Of a DNA stretch of 64,000 nt, positions 27,921-38,083 are shown piece by piece. The stretch is from Anaerolineae bacterium. Lineage in GTDB: Bacteria; Chloroflexota; Anaerolineae; B4-G1; SLSP01. Where the stretch lies: positions 1,435 through 65,434 of the forward strand of contig DAOTXC010000006.1 of NCBI GenBank assembly GCA_034435555.1. Reading direction: 5' to 3'. The stretch's first letter is position 1; the number at the start of each line of letters is the position of its first letter. The position numbers and the translations under genes are program-made. Below the pieces are notes generated by a model. It did no database searches, was not told where the DNA came from, and worked only from the letters and a program-made list of their open reading frames with translations.

Positions 27921-30902
27921 ATGAAAATAACCTTTACCCTCAATGGCACACAACGTGAGTTCGATACGCACCCCCGCGAGACCCTCTTCGCGCTGCTGCG
28001 CCGGGCCGGACTGCGCAGCCTCAAATTCGGCAGCGAAGATGGCACGGATGGCTACAGCACCGTCCTCATTGATGGGCATCCGCGCAGCGCCACCATCACG
28101 CTCGCGGCCCAGGTTGCGGGGAAAGAGATTCTCACCCTTGAAGGGCTGGGCGGCCCCCAGAAGCGCGGTTGGAAGGGCAGCGCGGCGCTGCACCCGCTCC
28201 AGCGCGCCTTCATCGAGACCGGCGCGATCCAGAGCGGCTACGATACGCCCGCGCTGATCCTCGCGGCCAAGGCGCTGCTCGACCGCAACCTCAACCCCAC
28301 CGAGGCCGAAGTCCGCGATAGCATCAGTGGCATCGTCTCCCGCGAGACGGGCTACACCAAGCCGGTGGAGGCGATCCTTCGCGCGGCGGCCTATCTGCGC
28401 GGCGAGGACCCCGGCCCCATCGAGGGCGGCCCCGGCAACGAGATGTTCACGATGCCGGAGGGGCTGCTCCCGCCCACCGAACCGCCCGCCCCGCTGGATA
28501 GCGCCGGGATGGGCGGCGGCACGCAGACGCGCACCCTGATCCAACCCAAGGTTATCCTCACCGAGGAGGCCGCTGCCTTCCGCGTGGTGGGGCAACCGCT
28601 CCCCAAAGTGGATGCGCCCAAACTGGCGCAGGGCAAGGCCGCCTTCGTCGCCGATTTCGAGCAGCCGGGGATGCTCTACGCGAAGGTGCTCCACAGCCCG
28701 CACGCCCACGCCCGCATCAAGGAGATTGACACCCGCGAGGCCGAGGCGCTGCCCGGCGTCCACGCCGTGCTCACCCACAAGAACGTCCCGCGCGTCGTCT
28801 ACTCCACCGCCGGGCAATCCTACCCCATCCCCGGCCCGCTGGATTACGTGAGCTTCGATGATAAGGTGCGCTACGTGGGCGACCGCGTCGCCGCCGTCGC
28901 CGCCGAAAGCCCGGAGATTGCAGCCCAGGCCGTCGAGCTCATCAAGGTGCAGTACGAGGTGCTGGAGCCGGTGCTCGACTTCCGCACCGCCAGCGATGAG
29001 GGCGCGCCCGTCATCCACGATCAGGACGACTACGTCCCCTTCGGCGAAAGCGACCCCAGCCGCAATATCGTCGCCAAAGTGCGGATTGCGCTCGGCGACA
29101 TGGACGCGACGCTGGCGGCCTCCGAGCATGTCTTCGAGACGGAAGTCATCACGCAGAAGATGAAGCACATCCCCCTGGAGCCGTGGGTCTGCCTCACCTA
29201 CTGGGACTCCGATGACCGGCTGGTGATTATGACCTCGACCCAGGTCCCCTTCCACGTGCGCCGCATCCTCGCGCCCGTGCTGGGGCTTTCGGAGGGGCAG
29301 ATTCGCGTGATCAAACCGCGCATCGGCGCAGCCTTCGGGAACAAGCAGGAGATCTACGAGGACATCGCCGCCCATCTCACCATCGCCACGGGCCGCCCAG
29401 TGCTCTTCGAGCTCACCCGCGAGGAGCAGTTCATCTACACCGTCACCCGCCACCCGATGCTCGTCCGCTTCCGCATCGGCGTGGATAAGAACGGGCGCAT
29501 GACCGCGCAGGATATGTACGCGCTGAGCGACACCGGGGCCTACGGCGGGCACGGCCTCACCGTGTTGGGCAACACCGGCCACAAGACGCTGCCGCTCTAC
29601 AACACGCCCGTCGTGCGCTTCCACGGCGATACCGTCTACACCACCCGCCCGCGCGCCGGGGCCTATCGCGGCTACGGCGTCACGCAGGGCGTCATCGCCA
29701 CCGAGACGCTCATCACCCAGGCCGCCGAGGCGCTGGGGATGGATCCGCTGGAATTCCGGCTCAAGAACATCATCGAGCCGCACACCGAGAACATCATGAG
29801 CAAGGTGTGGAGCGAGGGCCGTGAGGCGCAGGGCGAGATGATCGAGACCTGTGCGTTGCGCGAGGCGGCGAATCAGGGCGCGGCGGCTGTCGGCTGGTAC
29901 GAAAAGTACGGCAATCCCGAATGGCGCGAGATTCCCGGCAAGCCGCACCTCAAGCGCGGCATCGGCGTGGTCTTCCTGATGCAGGGGTCGGGCATTCCGC
30001 ACCTCGATATGGGCGCGGCGAGCATCAAGATGAACGACGACGGCACCTTCAACCTGCTCATGGGCGCGACCGACCTGGGCACCGGCTCGGATACCGTGCT
30101 GGCGCAGATCGCTGCCGAGGTCATCGGCTGCCGGTTGGAGGATATGATCGTCTACTCATCTGACACCGACATGACCCCGTTCGACGTGGGCGCGTATGCT
30201 TCGAGCACGACGTACATCAGCGGCGGGGCCGCCGCGCGCGCCGCCGAGCAGGTCGCCGCGCAGATCAAGGCCGTGGCCGCCGAGATGACCGGGCTGGAGC
30301 CGGAGGCACTCACGCTGCATGATAGCGCCGTCTGGACGCCCGACGGGTACAGCATCAGCTACCGCGACATCGCCATGCACTCGCTGCACCAGCACAACCA
30401 GCACCAGATCATGGGCCAGGCCTCGTTCCTCAGCCCCGTCAGCCCACCGCCGTTCGCGGCGCAGTTCGCCGAGGTGACGGTGGACACGGAGACGGGCCAG
30501 GTGACGTGCGACCGGCTGCTCATCGCGCTGGACTCCGGGCAGATCATCAACCCGCTCACCGCGAGCGGGCAGGCAGAGGGCGGCATGTTGCAGGCGCTCG
30601 GCTACGGCCTCACCGAGGAGCTCGTCTACGACGAGGAAGGGCGCACCGTCAACCCGCGCTTTGACGACTACCGCGTCTTCCGCGCCGACGAGTCGCCGCC
30701 GATGGAGACGCTCTTCATCGAGACCTTCGAGCCGAGCCACCCCGTGGGGGCCAAATCGGTCTCGGAGATCGTCGTCAATGGCGCGGCCCCGGCAGTCATC
30801 AACGCGGTCTACAACGCCACCGGCGTCATGCTCAAGGAGACGCCGCTCACCCCGGAGCGGGTCTGGCGCGCGCTCCGCGAGGCGGAACAGGTCGCGGCGT
30901 AA
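27921..30902 (+). CDS. xanthine dehydrogenase-family molybdopterin hydroxylase fused to a Cys-less CoxS-like N-terminal domain
   Basis: The N-terminus aligns motif-for-motif with [2Fe-2S] CoxS/XdhC-type subunits (…KFGSEDGTDGYSTVLIDG…HPLQRAFIETGAIQSGYDTPA…SGIVSRETGY…) but contains no cysteine. It is followed by an a/b-hammerhead and Mo-binding domains (GAAFGNK; C-terminal ...SVSEIVVNGAAPAVINAVYNATG). AGGAG RBS. Confidence 0.7.
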   Translation: MKITFTLNGTQREFDTHPRETLFALLRRAGLRSLKFGSEDGTDGYSTVLIDGHPRSATITLAAQVAGKEILTLEGLGGPQKRGWKGSAALHPLQRAFIETGAIQSGYDTPALILAAKALLDRNLNPTEAEVRDSISGIVSRETGYTKPVEAILRAAAYLRGEDPGPIEGGPGNEMFTMPEGLLPPTEPPAPLDSAGMGGGTQTRTLIQPKVILTEEAAAFRVVGQPLPKVDAPKLAQGKAAFVADFEQPGMLYAKVLHSPHAHARIKEIDTREAEALPGVHAVLTHKNVPRVVYSTAGQSYPIPGPLDYVSFDDKVRYVGDRVAAVAAESPEIAAQAVELIKVQYEVLEPVLDFRTASDEGAPVIHDQDDYVPFGESDPSRNIVAKVRIALGDMDATLAASEHVFETEVITQKMKHIPLEPWVCLTYWDSDDRLVIMTSTQVPFHVRRILAPVLGLSEGQIRVIKPRIGAAFGNKQEIYEDIAAHLTIATGRPVLFELTREEQFIYTVTRHPMLVRFRIGVDKNGRMTAQDMYALSDTGAYGGHGLTVLGNTGHKTLPLYNTPVVRFHGDTVYTTRPRAGAYRGYGVTQGVIATETLITQAAEALGMDPLEFRLKNIIEPHTENIMSKVWSEGREAQGEMIETCALREAANQGAAAVGWYEKYGNPEWREIPGKPHLKRGIGVVFLMQGSGIPHLDMGAASIKMNDDGTFNLLMGATDLGTGSDTVLAQIAAEVIGCRLEDMIVYSSDTDMTPFDVGAYASSTTYISGGAAARAAEQVAAQIKAVAAEMTGLEPEALTLHDSAVWTPDGYSISYRDIAMHSLHQHNQHQIMGQASFLSPVSPPPFAAQFAEVTVDTETGQVTCDRLLIALDSGQIINPLTASGQAEGGMLQALGYGLTEELVYDEEGRTVNPRFDDYRVFRADESPPMETLFIETFEPSHPVGAKSVSEIVVNGAAPAVINAVYNATGVMLKETPLTPERVWRALREAEQVAA

Positions 30903-30920
30903 TCGAAGAATCACAGCCAG

Positions 30921-30958
30921 CAGCGGGCGGCAGAATTTCTGTCGCCCGCTGTTTTGTC
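30921..30958 (+). terminator. rho-independent terminator
   Basis: cagcgggcg-gcagaatttctgt-cgcccgctg followed by ttttgtctc. Confidence 0.7.
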
Positions 30959-31251
30959 TCTCGCGCTCCGGCGCAAAGGGCTTGTCACACCTCGCCCCCT
31001 GCTTCCAAGCGCCTGACAGGAGACCGCCCCTCGAGCACCCCCATCACCCATCACCCGTCCCCCTCACCCCTTCAGAAGCAAATTTAATCCGACTGTAATT
31101 CAATCTTAACCCTCCCCTGCCAGATTCCGCTTTATAATGAAACTACAGGGACAAAAAAAGTTATCCACTGCCTCGCCACGTCACTTGAACGTTCACTTGG
31201 TCAATAAGTCGAAAATTCGCTGACCCGCTGACTCGCATAGGAGGTGCGCTC

Positions 31252-34200
31252 ATGCGTAAAGGTATGCTCTTTGTAGGAACGCTAATATTGGCCGCGCTCT
31301 TGCTCGTCGCCCTGTTGGCCGGACTTGAGCGAGCCGAGGCCGCCCCCACCCTGCCCACGCCGACGGGCTGCGTCGTCGTGTCGGCCAACATCATCACCGA
31401 TACGATTTGGGACGGTGATTGTTATCTCGTGACCACCGACACGGTCGCCATCATGCCCGACGTCAGCCTTACCATCACACCCCCGCTCAGTGGAACTCTG
31501 GTGCGTTTCCAGCCCGGCGCGCAGTTGCAGGTCTTGGGCACGTTGCAAGCCCTGGGGACGGAGACCCGTCCCATCACCTTCACCTCGGCAGCCGCCACGC
31601 CCGTACCCGGCGATTGGATCGGCATCATCCTGGAAGATGACGCACAGAACGACCGGGACATCATCCGGTACGCTGTCATCGAGTACGCCCGCACGGGGGT
31701 CAAAGTCAACGACGAGGACTTCGTGGAACTCACGCACAACCGCTTCCGCTACAACGGCGGGCCAGGCCCCCGCGATGGCGCGATCAGTGGGGACGCCGAC
31801 AACGCCACCATCACGCACAACGTCATCCACGACTGCCGCAACGGGCTGTCACTCAACGAATCCTTCAACAACGTGATCAGTCACAACAGGCTCTATAACA
31901 TCGAGGCGTATGGCATCCGCCTCTTCGCCGCCACGACCTCCGGCGGCTCGTCCAACCAGATCACCCACAACGAGATTCACGATTGCCAGCTGGCGGCGCT
32001 GCGCCTGGAGATCGGTTCGCAGAACGTGGTGCTGAGCAACACGCTCTATCTCAACGCTGGCAGCGCGGCCATCTTCGTGGATCAGGCGCTCAGCCGCTTC
32101 GAGGGAAATCTGGTCATCGCCAACGGCGCGCCCGGTTACGGCGGCGCGGTCGTGGTGACGGACACCTCCACGCTCTCGGCGATCAGCCGCAACATCATCC
32201 ACGACCCGCACGGCGACGCGCTCGCCTACGATGCCAGCGCGCCATCGCCGGTTCTCGCCACGGCGGGGAACGCCCTCTGCGCGCCGGCGGGCTACGCCTT
32301 GAACAACGGAGCAGGCAACGTGAGCGCGCCCACGAACTGGTGGGGCGCGAACGATCCGGCGGCGGCCATCTTCGGCCCGGTGGACGCCAGCAATCCCATC
32401 ACGCTGGCGCTCGCGGCGGAGGCGATCACGCTCCCCGCCGACGGCCACGCGACGGCGCTGCTCACCGTGACCTTCCGCGCCCCGGATGGGACGATTGTCC
32501 CTGCGCTGCCGCCCGGCGCGCCGGGCTTCGCCCCCGACCCGCGCGAGATCGCGCTGACGACGAGCCTGGGGACGCTCAGCGCGCCCGCTGTCGCCATTGA
32601 TGCGCAGGGCGAGGCCCTCTTCGCACTGACCGCGCCCACCACAGCGGGCACGGCGGTCGTCACTGCGACGGGCTTCTGCGGCTACCCGGTCACGGCAACC
32701 GTGACCTTCGCCGCGACCGACATCGCCATCACCAAGACCACCGCCATCACCGAAGCGGCGCTAGGGGAACCGATCACCTACACGCTGCACTACGCCAACC
32801 TGAGCGGCAGTCTCGCCAGCCATGTCCTCCTCACCGACACGCTGCCCACCGGCACGCACTACATCGCCGATAGCAGCGGGCTTTCGGTCACGTTGCTGCC
32901 GAGCGAGGTGGTCTGGGCGCTGCCCGATCTCGCGCCCTCGGCGACGCACACCTTCACGCTGGTGCTCGGCATCGAGGAAGCGCCCGAACTCTGCGACGCC
33001 ACGCTGGTCAACACGGCGACGCTCACCACCGCCACGGAGGACACCGATCCAAGCAACAACCTCGCCGTCGCACCGCCTGTCGCCATCACTTGCCCCGGCT
33101 ACGTGGACCTGGTCGTGGTGAAGGATGACAATGTCGGCCCGCTGACCGCCTATCACGCGACGGACACGCCACTAGGACAATGGCTCCACAGCGTGCGGCC
33201 CGTCACGGCCCACCGCGAGTTCGTCTACGAGGGCGATTTCGTCACCTATACGATTGCGCTCTTCAACGATGGGCCGGAGACCGCCACCGGGATCATCCTC
33301 ACCGAGACGCTGCCGCTCCACACGACCTACGTGGAGCGGGGCTTCGGCTGGATCGCCGTGGATACGCGCACCTACACCCTCGCCGCGCCCCCGCTCGCGC
33401 CCGGCGAGGGATTCCTCACCTACATGGTCGTGCAGGTGGGCGAAACCCTGCCCGAAGGCGTAAACAACCTGGTCAACCTGGTCTGCGCCTTCGCCGCCGA
33501 GCCGGAGCTCGACCCGAACGATAATTGCAACTACGAGGATACGCCCGTCGTGCGGCGCGCGCTGCGGGTCTCCAAATCGGCCCCGATGTGCATCTCGCCG
33601 GGGCAGGCCTTCTACTACACGCCGCGCTACACGAACACCAACAGCCTCACCGGCTACACCAACGTCCCCCTCACCGACACGCTGCCGGCCTACGTGAGCT
33701 ACGCGGGATCGCCTGTGGGGAATTGGAGCTGCGCCGGCGGCGTCTGCACCGCCACCCTCCCGGAGATCCCCGCCAACACGAGCGCCCGTGGGCCGGTGCT
33801 GCCCGTCCAGCTCAGCGCCGCCTATCCCCTCACCGGCACAGGGCTGATTACCAACACCATCGAGATCAGCGGCGGGTTCCGCTTCGTGCTGGTCTCCACC
33901 GTGGATCTCGGCCCCGATCTGGTTGTGGTGAAGAACGACAACGTCGGGCCGACGCCGCGCGCGACGGCCTTCCTCCAGCAGCAGATCGAGCGGCAGCTCT
34001 ACGGCGCGCCGCGCGCGACCAGCGCCGCAGTGCGGGAGTACGTCCGTCCCGGCGAGATCATCAGCTACACGATCCTCTACGTCAACAGCGGCGTGCTGAC
34101 GGCGACCGAGGTGGTGCTCACCGAGCATCTGCCCCAGTACACGCGCTACCTGGGCGGCGGCTGGGACGATGCGGGCGGCGGGCGTTACACGCTCGCTGTG

Positions 34201-35403
34201 GGCGATCTGGCCCCTGGTCAGGGCGGCGAGGCAGTCTTTATGGTCGAGGTGATTGACCCCTTCCCGCTCGGCGTGGATCGGGTGCTCAACCGCGTGAACA
34301 TCGCCGGCGCGGAGGTGGAATGTGATACCACGAACAACACCTCCTACGACGATACGCCGGTGCAGACCGCGACGCGGCTCTACGTCGCCGCGCGCGACTC
34401 GGAAACGATTGAGGTCTTTGCTGGGACCAATTTCGCCTCGCTGGGTGCATTCGACGCCGGCCCCATCCCCTTCGGCATGGCGGCCTGGGATGGGCAGCTC
34501 TACGTCGCCAACTTCGAGGATGCCACCTTCACCAGCACCGTCTCCAGCTTCGATCTGACCACCCACGCGCCCATCCACACCGTGGATGTGGGACGGCATC
34601 CCACCTACCTGGCGGCGCTGAACGGGCGCATCTACGTCACCAACCACAGCGGCGGCGAGGGCATCACCGTTATTGATGCAGCAACCGGCGCGGTCATCGC
34701 GCGGCTCAGCCCGAACCAGCCGGGCGTCTACGACTTCGGCTTCTTCGGCATCACCGCCGACACAGCTCGGAATCGCATCTACACCACCAAGCGCTACATG
34801 GGCGGCATGGGGCTGTGGGTCATCACGCCCACAGCCAGCGGCTACACCTTCGAGCAAGCCATCGCCACGGACGCCACGCCGTACGCTGTGGCCTATAATC
34901 CCAACAACGATCGCATCTACATCACCTTCGCCCAGCTGAACGAGCTGCGCGTCTACGACGCCGAGACGCTGACCCAGGTCGCCGCCTACGCGACCGGCGT
35001 GCAAGACCCCAACGATCCCGGCTATGGCGGGCAAGGGTTGGCGGTGATGGGCGAGTGCGCCTACGTCAGCAACTACGCGGCAGGCTCAATCACCGTGGTG
35101 GCCGAAGGGCCATGCTGGGAAGGAGAACGGCCCGAGGCAGGACCAGCGCCCGGCGTCCCCCTCAGCGGCGATCACCGCCTTTACCTGCCGCTGGTGCTGC
35201 GCGGGATGCAAACGTATCCCAACATCCGCACCGTGCCGGTGGAAGGCCGCCCGAAGGGGCTGGCTGCGCAGGATGGGCTGATCCTCGTCACCTTGCCGGA
35301 GGAAAATCGCGTCGTGGTGCTTGATGCGCAATTGCTCCAGATCGTCCGGGAGATTCTCGTGGCAGGAGAACATCCCCACACACTCTTGTTGACCGAGCCG
35401 TAA
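31252..35403 (+). CDS. large secreted surface protein: right-handed beta-helix (PbH1) + DUF11 repeats + YVTN-type beta-propeller
   Basis: Signal peptide MRKGMLFVGTLILAALLLVALLAGLERAEA. Repeated (I/V)THNxIHDC beta-helix turns. DLVVVK(D/N)DNVGP DUF11 starts. C-terminal LYVANF…IYVTNHSGG YVTN repeats. 1383 aa. Confidence 0.65.
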   Translation: MRKGMLFVGTLILAALLLVALLAGLERAEAAPTLPTPTGCVVVSANIITDTIWDGDCYLVTTDTVAIMPDVSLTITPPLSGTLVRFQPGAQLQVLGTLQALGTETRPITFTSAAATPVPGDWIGIILEDDAQNDRDIIRYAVIEYARTGVKVNDEDFVELTHNRFRYNGGPGPRDGAISGDADNATITHNVIHDCRNGLSLNESFNNVISHNRLYNIEAYGIRLFAATTSGGSSNQITHNEIHDCQLAALRLEIGSQNVVLSNTLYLNAGSAAIFVDQALSRFEGNLVIANGAPGYGGAVVVTDTSTLSAISRNIIHDPHGDALAYDASAPSPVLATAGNALCAPAGYALNNGAGNVSAPTNWWGANDPAAAIFGPVDASNPITLALAAEAITLPADGHATALLTVTFRAPDGTIVPALPPGAPGFAPDPREIALTTSLGTLSAPAVAIDAQGEALFALTAPTTAGTAVVTATGFCGYPVTATVTFAATDIAITKTTAITEAALGEPITYTLHYANLSGSLASHVLLTDTLPTGTHYIADSSGLSVTLLPSEVVWALPDLAPSATHTFTLVLGIEEAPELCDATLVNTATLTTATEDTDPSNNLAVAPPVAITCPGYVDLVVVKDDNVGPLTAYHATDTPLGQWLHSVRPVTAHREFVYEGDFVTYTIALFNDGPETATGIILTETLPLHTTYVERGFGWIAVDTRTYTLAAPPLAPGEGFLTYMVVQVGETLPEGVNNLVNLVCAFAAEPELDPNDNCNYEDTPVVRRALRVSKSAPMCISPGQAFYYTPRYTNTNSLTGYTNVPLTDTLPAYVSYAGSPVGNWSCAGGVCTATLPEIPANTSARGPVLPVQLSAAYPLTGTGLITNTIEISGGFRFVLVSTVDLGPDLVVVKNDNVGPTPRATAFLQQQIERQLYGAPRATSAAVREYVRPGEIISYTILYVNSGVLTATEVVLTEHLPQYTRYLGGGWDDAGGGRYTLAVGDLAPGQGGEAVFMVEVIDPFPLGVDRVLNRVNIAGAEVECDTTNNTSYDDTPVQTATRLYVAARDSETIEVFAGTNFASLGAFDAGPIPFGMAAWDGQLYVANFEDATFTSTVSSFDLTTHAPIHTVDVGRHPTYLAALNGRIYVTNHSGGEGITVIDAATGAVIARLSPNQPGVYDFGFFGITADTARNRIYTTKRYMGGMGLWVITPTASGYTFEQAIATDATPYAVAYNPNNDRIYITFAQLNELRVYDAETLTQVAAYATGVQDPNDPGYGGQGLAVMGECAYVSNYAAGSITVVAEGPCWEGERPEAGPAPGVPLSGDHRLYLPLVLRGMQTYPNIRTVPVEGRPKGLAAQDGLILVTLPEENRVVVLDAQLLQIVREILVAGEHPHTLLLTEP

Positions 35404-35466
35404 TTGACTTCTCTGAATTCGGGGTATACTGAGAGAAAGTCACCCTGAATGTGAAGGAGAAAAACC

Positions 35467-35778
35467 ATGATCAACCGAGGACGTGAAATCGCCAAGATGA
35501 TGGGGTACGAGACCACCGACGCGCTGTTAGCGGCGATGGGCAGCGGTGAGCTGATCCTGATCAAGTTGCCCGAAGGCGACCAGCTCAGCGCCATCGAATG
35601 GCTGCACGCGCAGCTGGACAAGGTCGAAGACGAAGGATTAGCTGCTGTTTTGGAGGAGATCGCCGCCGGACTGGAACTCGCGCTGGAGCTCCATCGCTAT
35701 CCCCCTGACAGTGACGTTTGCGAGATGGATCTGCCGCACGGCTGGCCCAGCTACTGCGAAAAGCCCTCCCGCGAATAA
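35467..35778 (+). CDS. hypothetical small acidic protein (103 aa)
   Basis: Own promoter (TTGACT…TATACT), GAAGGAG RBS, and a strong terminator immediately downstream. Confidence 0.45.
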   Translation: MINRGREIAKMMGYETTDALLAAMGSGELILIKLPEGDQLSAIEWLHAQLDKVEDEGLAAVLEEIAAGLELALELHRYPPDSDVCEMDLPHGWPSYCEKPSRE

Positions 35779-35794
35779 TAGCGCCACATTTATA

Positions 35795-35825
35795 GCCCCC
35801 CGCTCACGCGGGGGGCTTTTGGTTG
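35795..35825 (+). terminator. rho-independent terminator
   Basis: gccccccgc-tcac-gcggggggc followed by ttttggttg. Confidence 0.8.
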
Positions 35826-35923
35826 CCAAATTTCATCGCGTCCACATCGCACCTTCATCATTCCTTCACATAGAGCGGTTATAATCAAAAGCGTAAATCA
35901 AATCACTACCGTGGAGGTATCAG

Positions 35924-36622
35924 ATGAAATACAATCGAAAACAAACAAGTTGGCTGATGGGATTGACCACCGCGCTGCTGATCGCGCTGTTACTGCCGAG
36001 CGTCACGCTCGCCGCCGGAGGACCGCCTCCGGATCGTGGAAATGCTGCTTCCGGGCAGATGGGCACTATCGGGACGCTGGATGAAGCTACCGAGGCCGCG
36101 CTCGTTGAGGCGCTGGAGGAAGAATATGGCGCGCTCGCGCTCTACCAGGGGATCATCGCCGACTTCGGCGAGGTCGCGCCATTCGTCGCTATCGCCCGCT
36201 CGGAGCAACAGCACGTCAACGCTCTGCTGCGCCTCTTCAGCCGCTACGAACTGACCGCACCCGCTGCACCCGCCTTCGATACGCTGCCCAGCTTCGACAC
36301 GCTGGAAGCGGCCTGTGAGGCCGGCGTCGCCGCCGAGATCGCCGATGCCGCGCTCTATGACACGCTCCTCGAAAGCGTAAGCGCCCCGAACGTCGTCCGG
36401 GTCTTCACCCGCTTGCAGGCCGCCTCGCTTGAGCAGCACCTGCCCGCCTTCGAGGCCTGCGCCAGCGGCGAACCTTACGTCGGTGAGGGGCCAGCCACGC
36501 AGACGATGGCAATGAATCAGGGGCAGAATCGCCCCGCCGAGTTGAATGCGCTGGGCGAGCAACTCCAGCAGGGCTTGCGCAATCTCATGCGCAACGCGGG
36601 GGAGGCGCTCTGCGGACGCTAA
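35924..36622 (+). CDS. secreted ferritin-like DUF2202 family protein
   Basis: GGAGG RBS. Signal peptide. EEEYGALALYQG…ARSEQQHVNALLRLF ferritin-like helices. Confidence 0.55.
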   Translation: MKYNRKQTSWLMGLTTALLIALLLPSVTLAAGGPPPDRGNAASGQMGTIGTLDEATEAALVEALEEEYGALALYQGIIADFGEVAPFVAIARSEQQHVNALLRLFSRYELTAPAAPAFDTLPSFDTLEAACEAGVAAEIADAALYDTLLESVSAPNVVRVFTRLQAASLEQHLPAFEACASGEPYVGEGPATQTMAMNQGQNRPAELNALGEQLQQGLRNLMRNAGEALCGR

Positions 36623-36643
36623 CCCGCATCCCGCCTAAACACA

Positions 36644-36677
36644 AACCGGCCCGCCATGTGCGGGCCGGTTTGCATTG
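36644..36677. terminator. bidirectional terminator between convergent genes
   Basis: aaccggcccgc-catgt-gcgggccggtt. Confidence 0.6.
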
Positions 36678-36684
36678 CCGATGA

Positions 36685-37509
36685 TTACGCTTCGACAAGC
36701 CTCCGGTAAAGCTCCGGGCGGCGATCGCCGACCGTGTCCATCTCGAACTCGCCAGGGCGCAGCACCAGCCGCTTCTGGCGCGCGAGCGTCGGATCAATCT
36801 CTGCGTAGCAGATCTCCGCATCCGTGCCGGCCTGGGCCAACACCTGCCCGCCGGGATCAACGATCTGGCTCCAGCCGAAGAAGCCGAAGCCGCTCTCCTT
36901 GCCCACACGGTTGCAGGCGAGCACGAAGACGCGGTTTTCCAGCGCGCGCGTCCGCGTGACGTACTGCGGCGCGTTCTGCGACCCTTCGGGCCAGTTCGTG
37001 GGCAACGCGACGATGTCCGCACCGGCGAGCGCCAGCGCCCGCATCGCCTCCGGGAAGCGCAGGTCGTAGCAGACGATGATCCCGATCCGCCCCAATGAAG
37101 TCTCCCACACCTGGAAGCCCGTGTCGCCGGGCGTCGTCACCCGATCCACACCCAGGAAGGGCAGATGCGCCTTGCGATAGATGCCCACCAGGCCCTCCGG
37201 CCCGATGAGCGCGGCCACATTATACACGCGCTCCCCCACCCGCTCCAGCAGCCCGATGACGAGATAGGCGCTGGCGTCAGCGCAGGCGGCGTGGAGCGCC
37301 TCCGTCGTCGGGCCGGGGATGAGATCGGCGGCGGCGCGGGCGGCTTCGAGCGTTGCGAAGCCATAGCCGGAGGTCGCGCACTCCGGGAAGACGACCAGGC
37401 GCGCCCCAGCTGCTGTCGCCTCCTGAAAGAGCGCCAGGGCTTGCGCCAGATTGCCCGCGTTCTGTCCCAACTGCGGGTCGAATTGCGCCACAGCTACCTT
37501 CGCTTGCAT
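36685..37509 (-). CDS. carbon-nitrogen hydrolase (nitrilase superfamily)
   Basis: Catalytic E (FPECATSGY) and C (VCYDLRFPE) context. 274 aa. Confidence 0.75.
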   Translation of the reverse strand: MQAKVAVAQFDPQLGQNAGNLAQALALFQEATAAGARLVVFPECATSGYGFATLEAARAAADLIPGPTTEALHAACADASAYLVIGLLERVGERVYNVAALIGPEGLVGIYRKAHLPFLGVDRVTTPGDTGFQVWETSLGRIGIIVCYDLRFPEAMRALALAGADIVALPTNWPEGSQNAPQYVTRTRALENRVFVLACNRVGKESGFGFFGWSQIVDPGGQVLAQAGTDAEICYAEIDPTLARQKRLVLRPGEFEMDTVGDRRPELYRRLVEA

Positions 37510-37541
37510 GATAAACCTCCAACGCCGTTATAAAATCCCGT

Positions 37542-38030
37542 TTAGGCTTCGGTCTCTTTCAAATCCTCGTAAAAAGCGTCAAGGTCCACCTGAGAGAAAA
37601 GGCTATCCAGCAAATTAAAAGCGCGGATCACCTCCTTGCATTGCTCCATCTCCATGGACTTGATCCAATGGACGATGTGCGCTTCGGTGTGGCGCAAAAT
37701 GCCCTCGTACTCCGCGCGCCCCGTCTCCGTCAGTACCAAGAGAACCCGCCGGCGATCCTCCGTGTCCCGCGTGCGCGCCACGAGGTCTCGCGACTCTATC
37801 CCCTGGATCAGCTTGGACATGGTGGGCAGCGAGACGCCCTGGGATTCGGCCAGGCCGGAGAGGCATTGCCCGCCCTCGCGGTACAGGCGCGCCATCACCC
37901 GGAATTGCGGCTCAGTGAAGAGGCCCGCGCTGTGGATGCGCAAATCCTTGCGCATCAGGCGCGAGAGGCGCGGCGTCACCTCGATGATGCTATGCGCGCA
38001 TTCCAGCAATACTCTATCTTTTTCAGTCAT
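37542..38030 (-). CDS. MarR-family transcriptional regulator
   Basis: GGAGG RBS 5 nt before ATG 38030. wHTH core (LSGLAESQGVSLPTMSKLIQGIESRDLVAR). Confidence 0.8.
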   Translation of the reverse strand: MTEKDRVLLECAHSIIEVTPRLSRLMRKDLRIHSAGLFTEPQFRVMARLYREGGQCLSGLAESQGVSLPTMSKLIQGIESRDLVARTRDTEDRRRVLLVLTETGRAEYEGILRHTEAHIVHWIKSMEMEQCKEVIRAFNLLDSLFSQVDLDAFYEDLKETEA

Positions 38031-38083
38031 CAAAACCTCCAACTCTACCCGATGATTCGCACCATCAAGCACGATACCAACAG

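Noticed and set aside
27873-30002. 709-aa minus-strand ORF antisense to the Mo-enzyme gene
   Set aside because: Arg/Ala/Gly-rich, no motifs, and fully embedded opposite a well-supported CDS. It is a typical high-GC antisense artefact.
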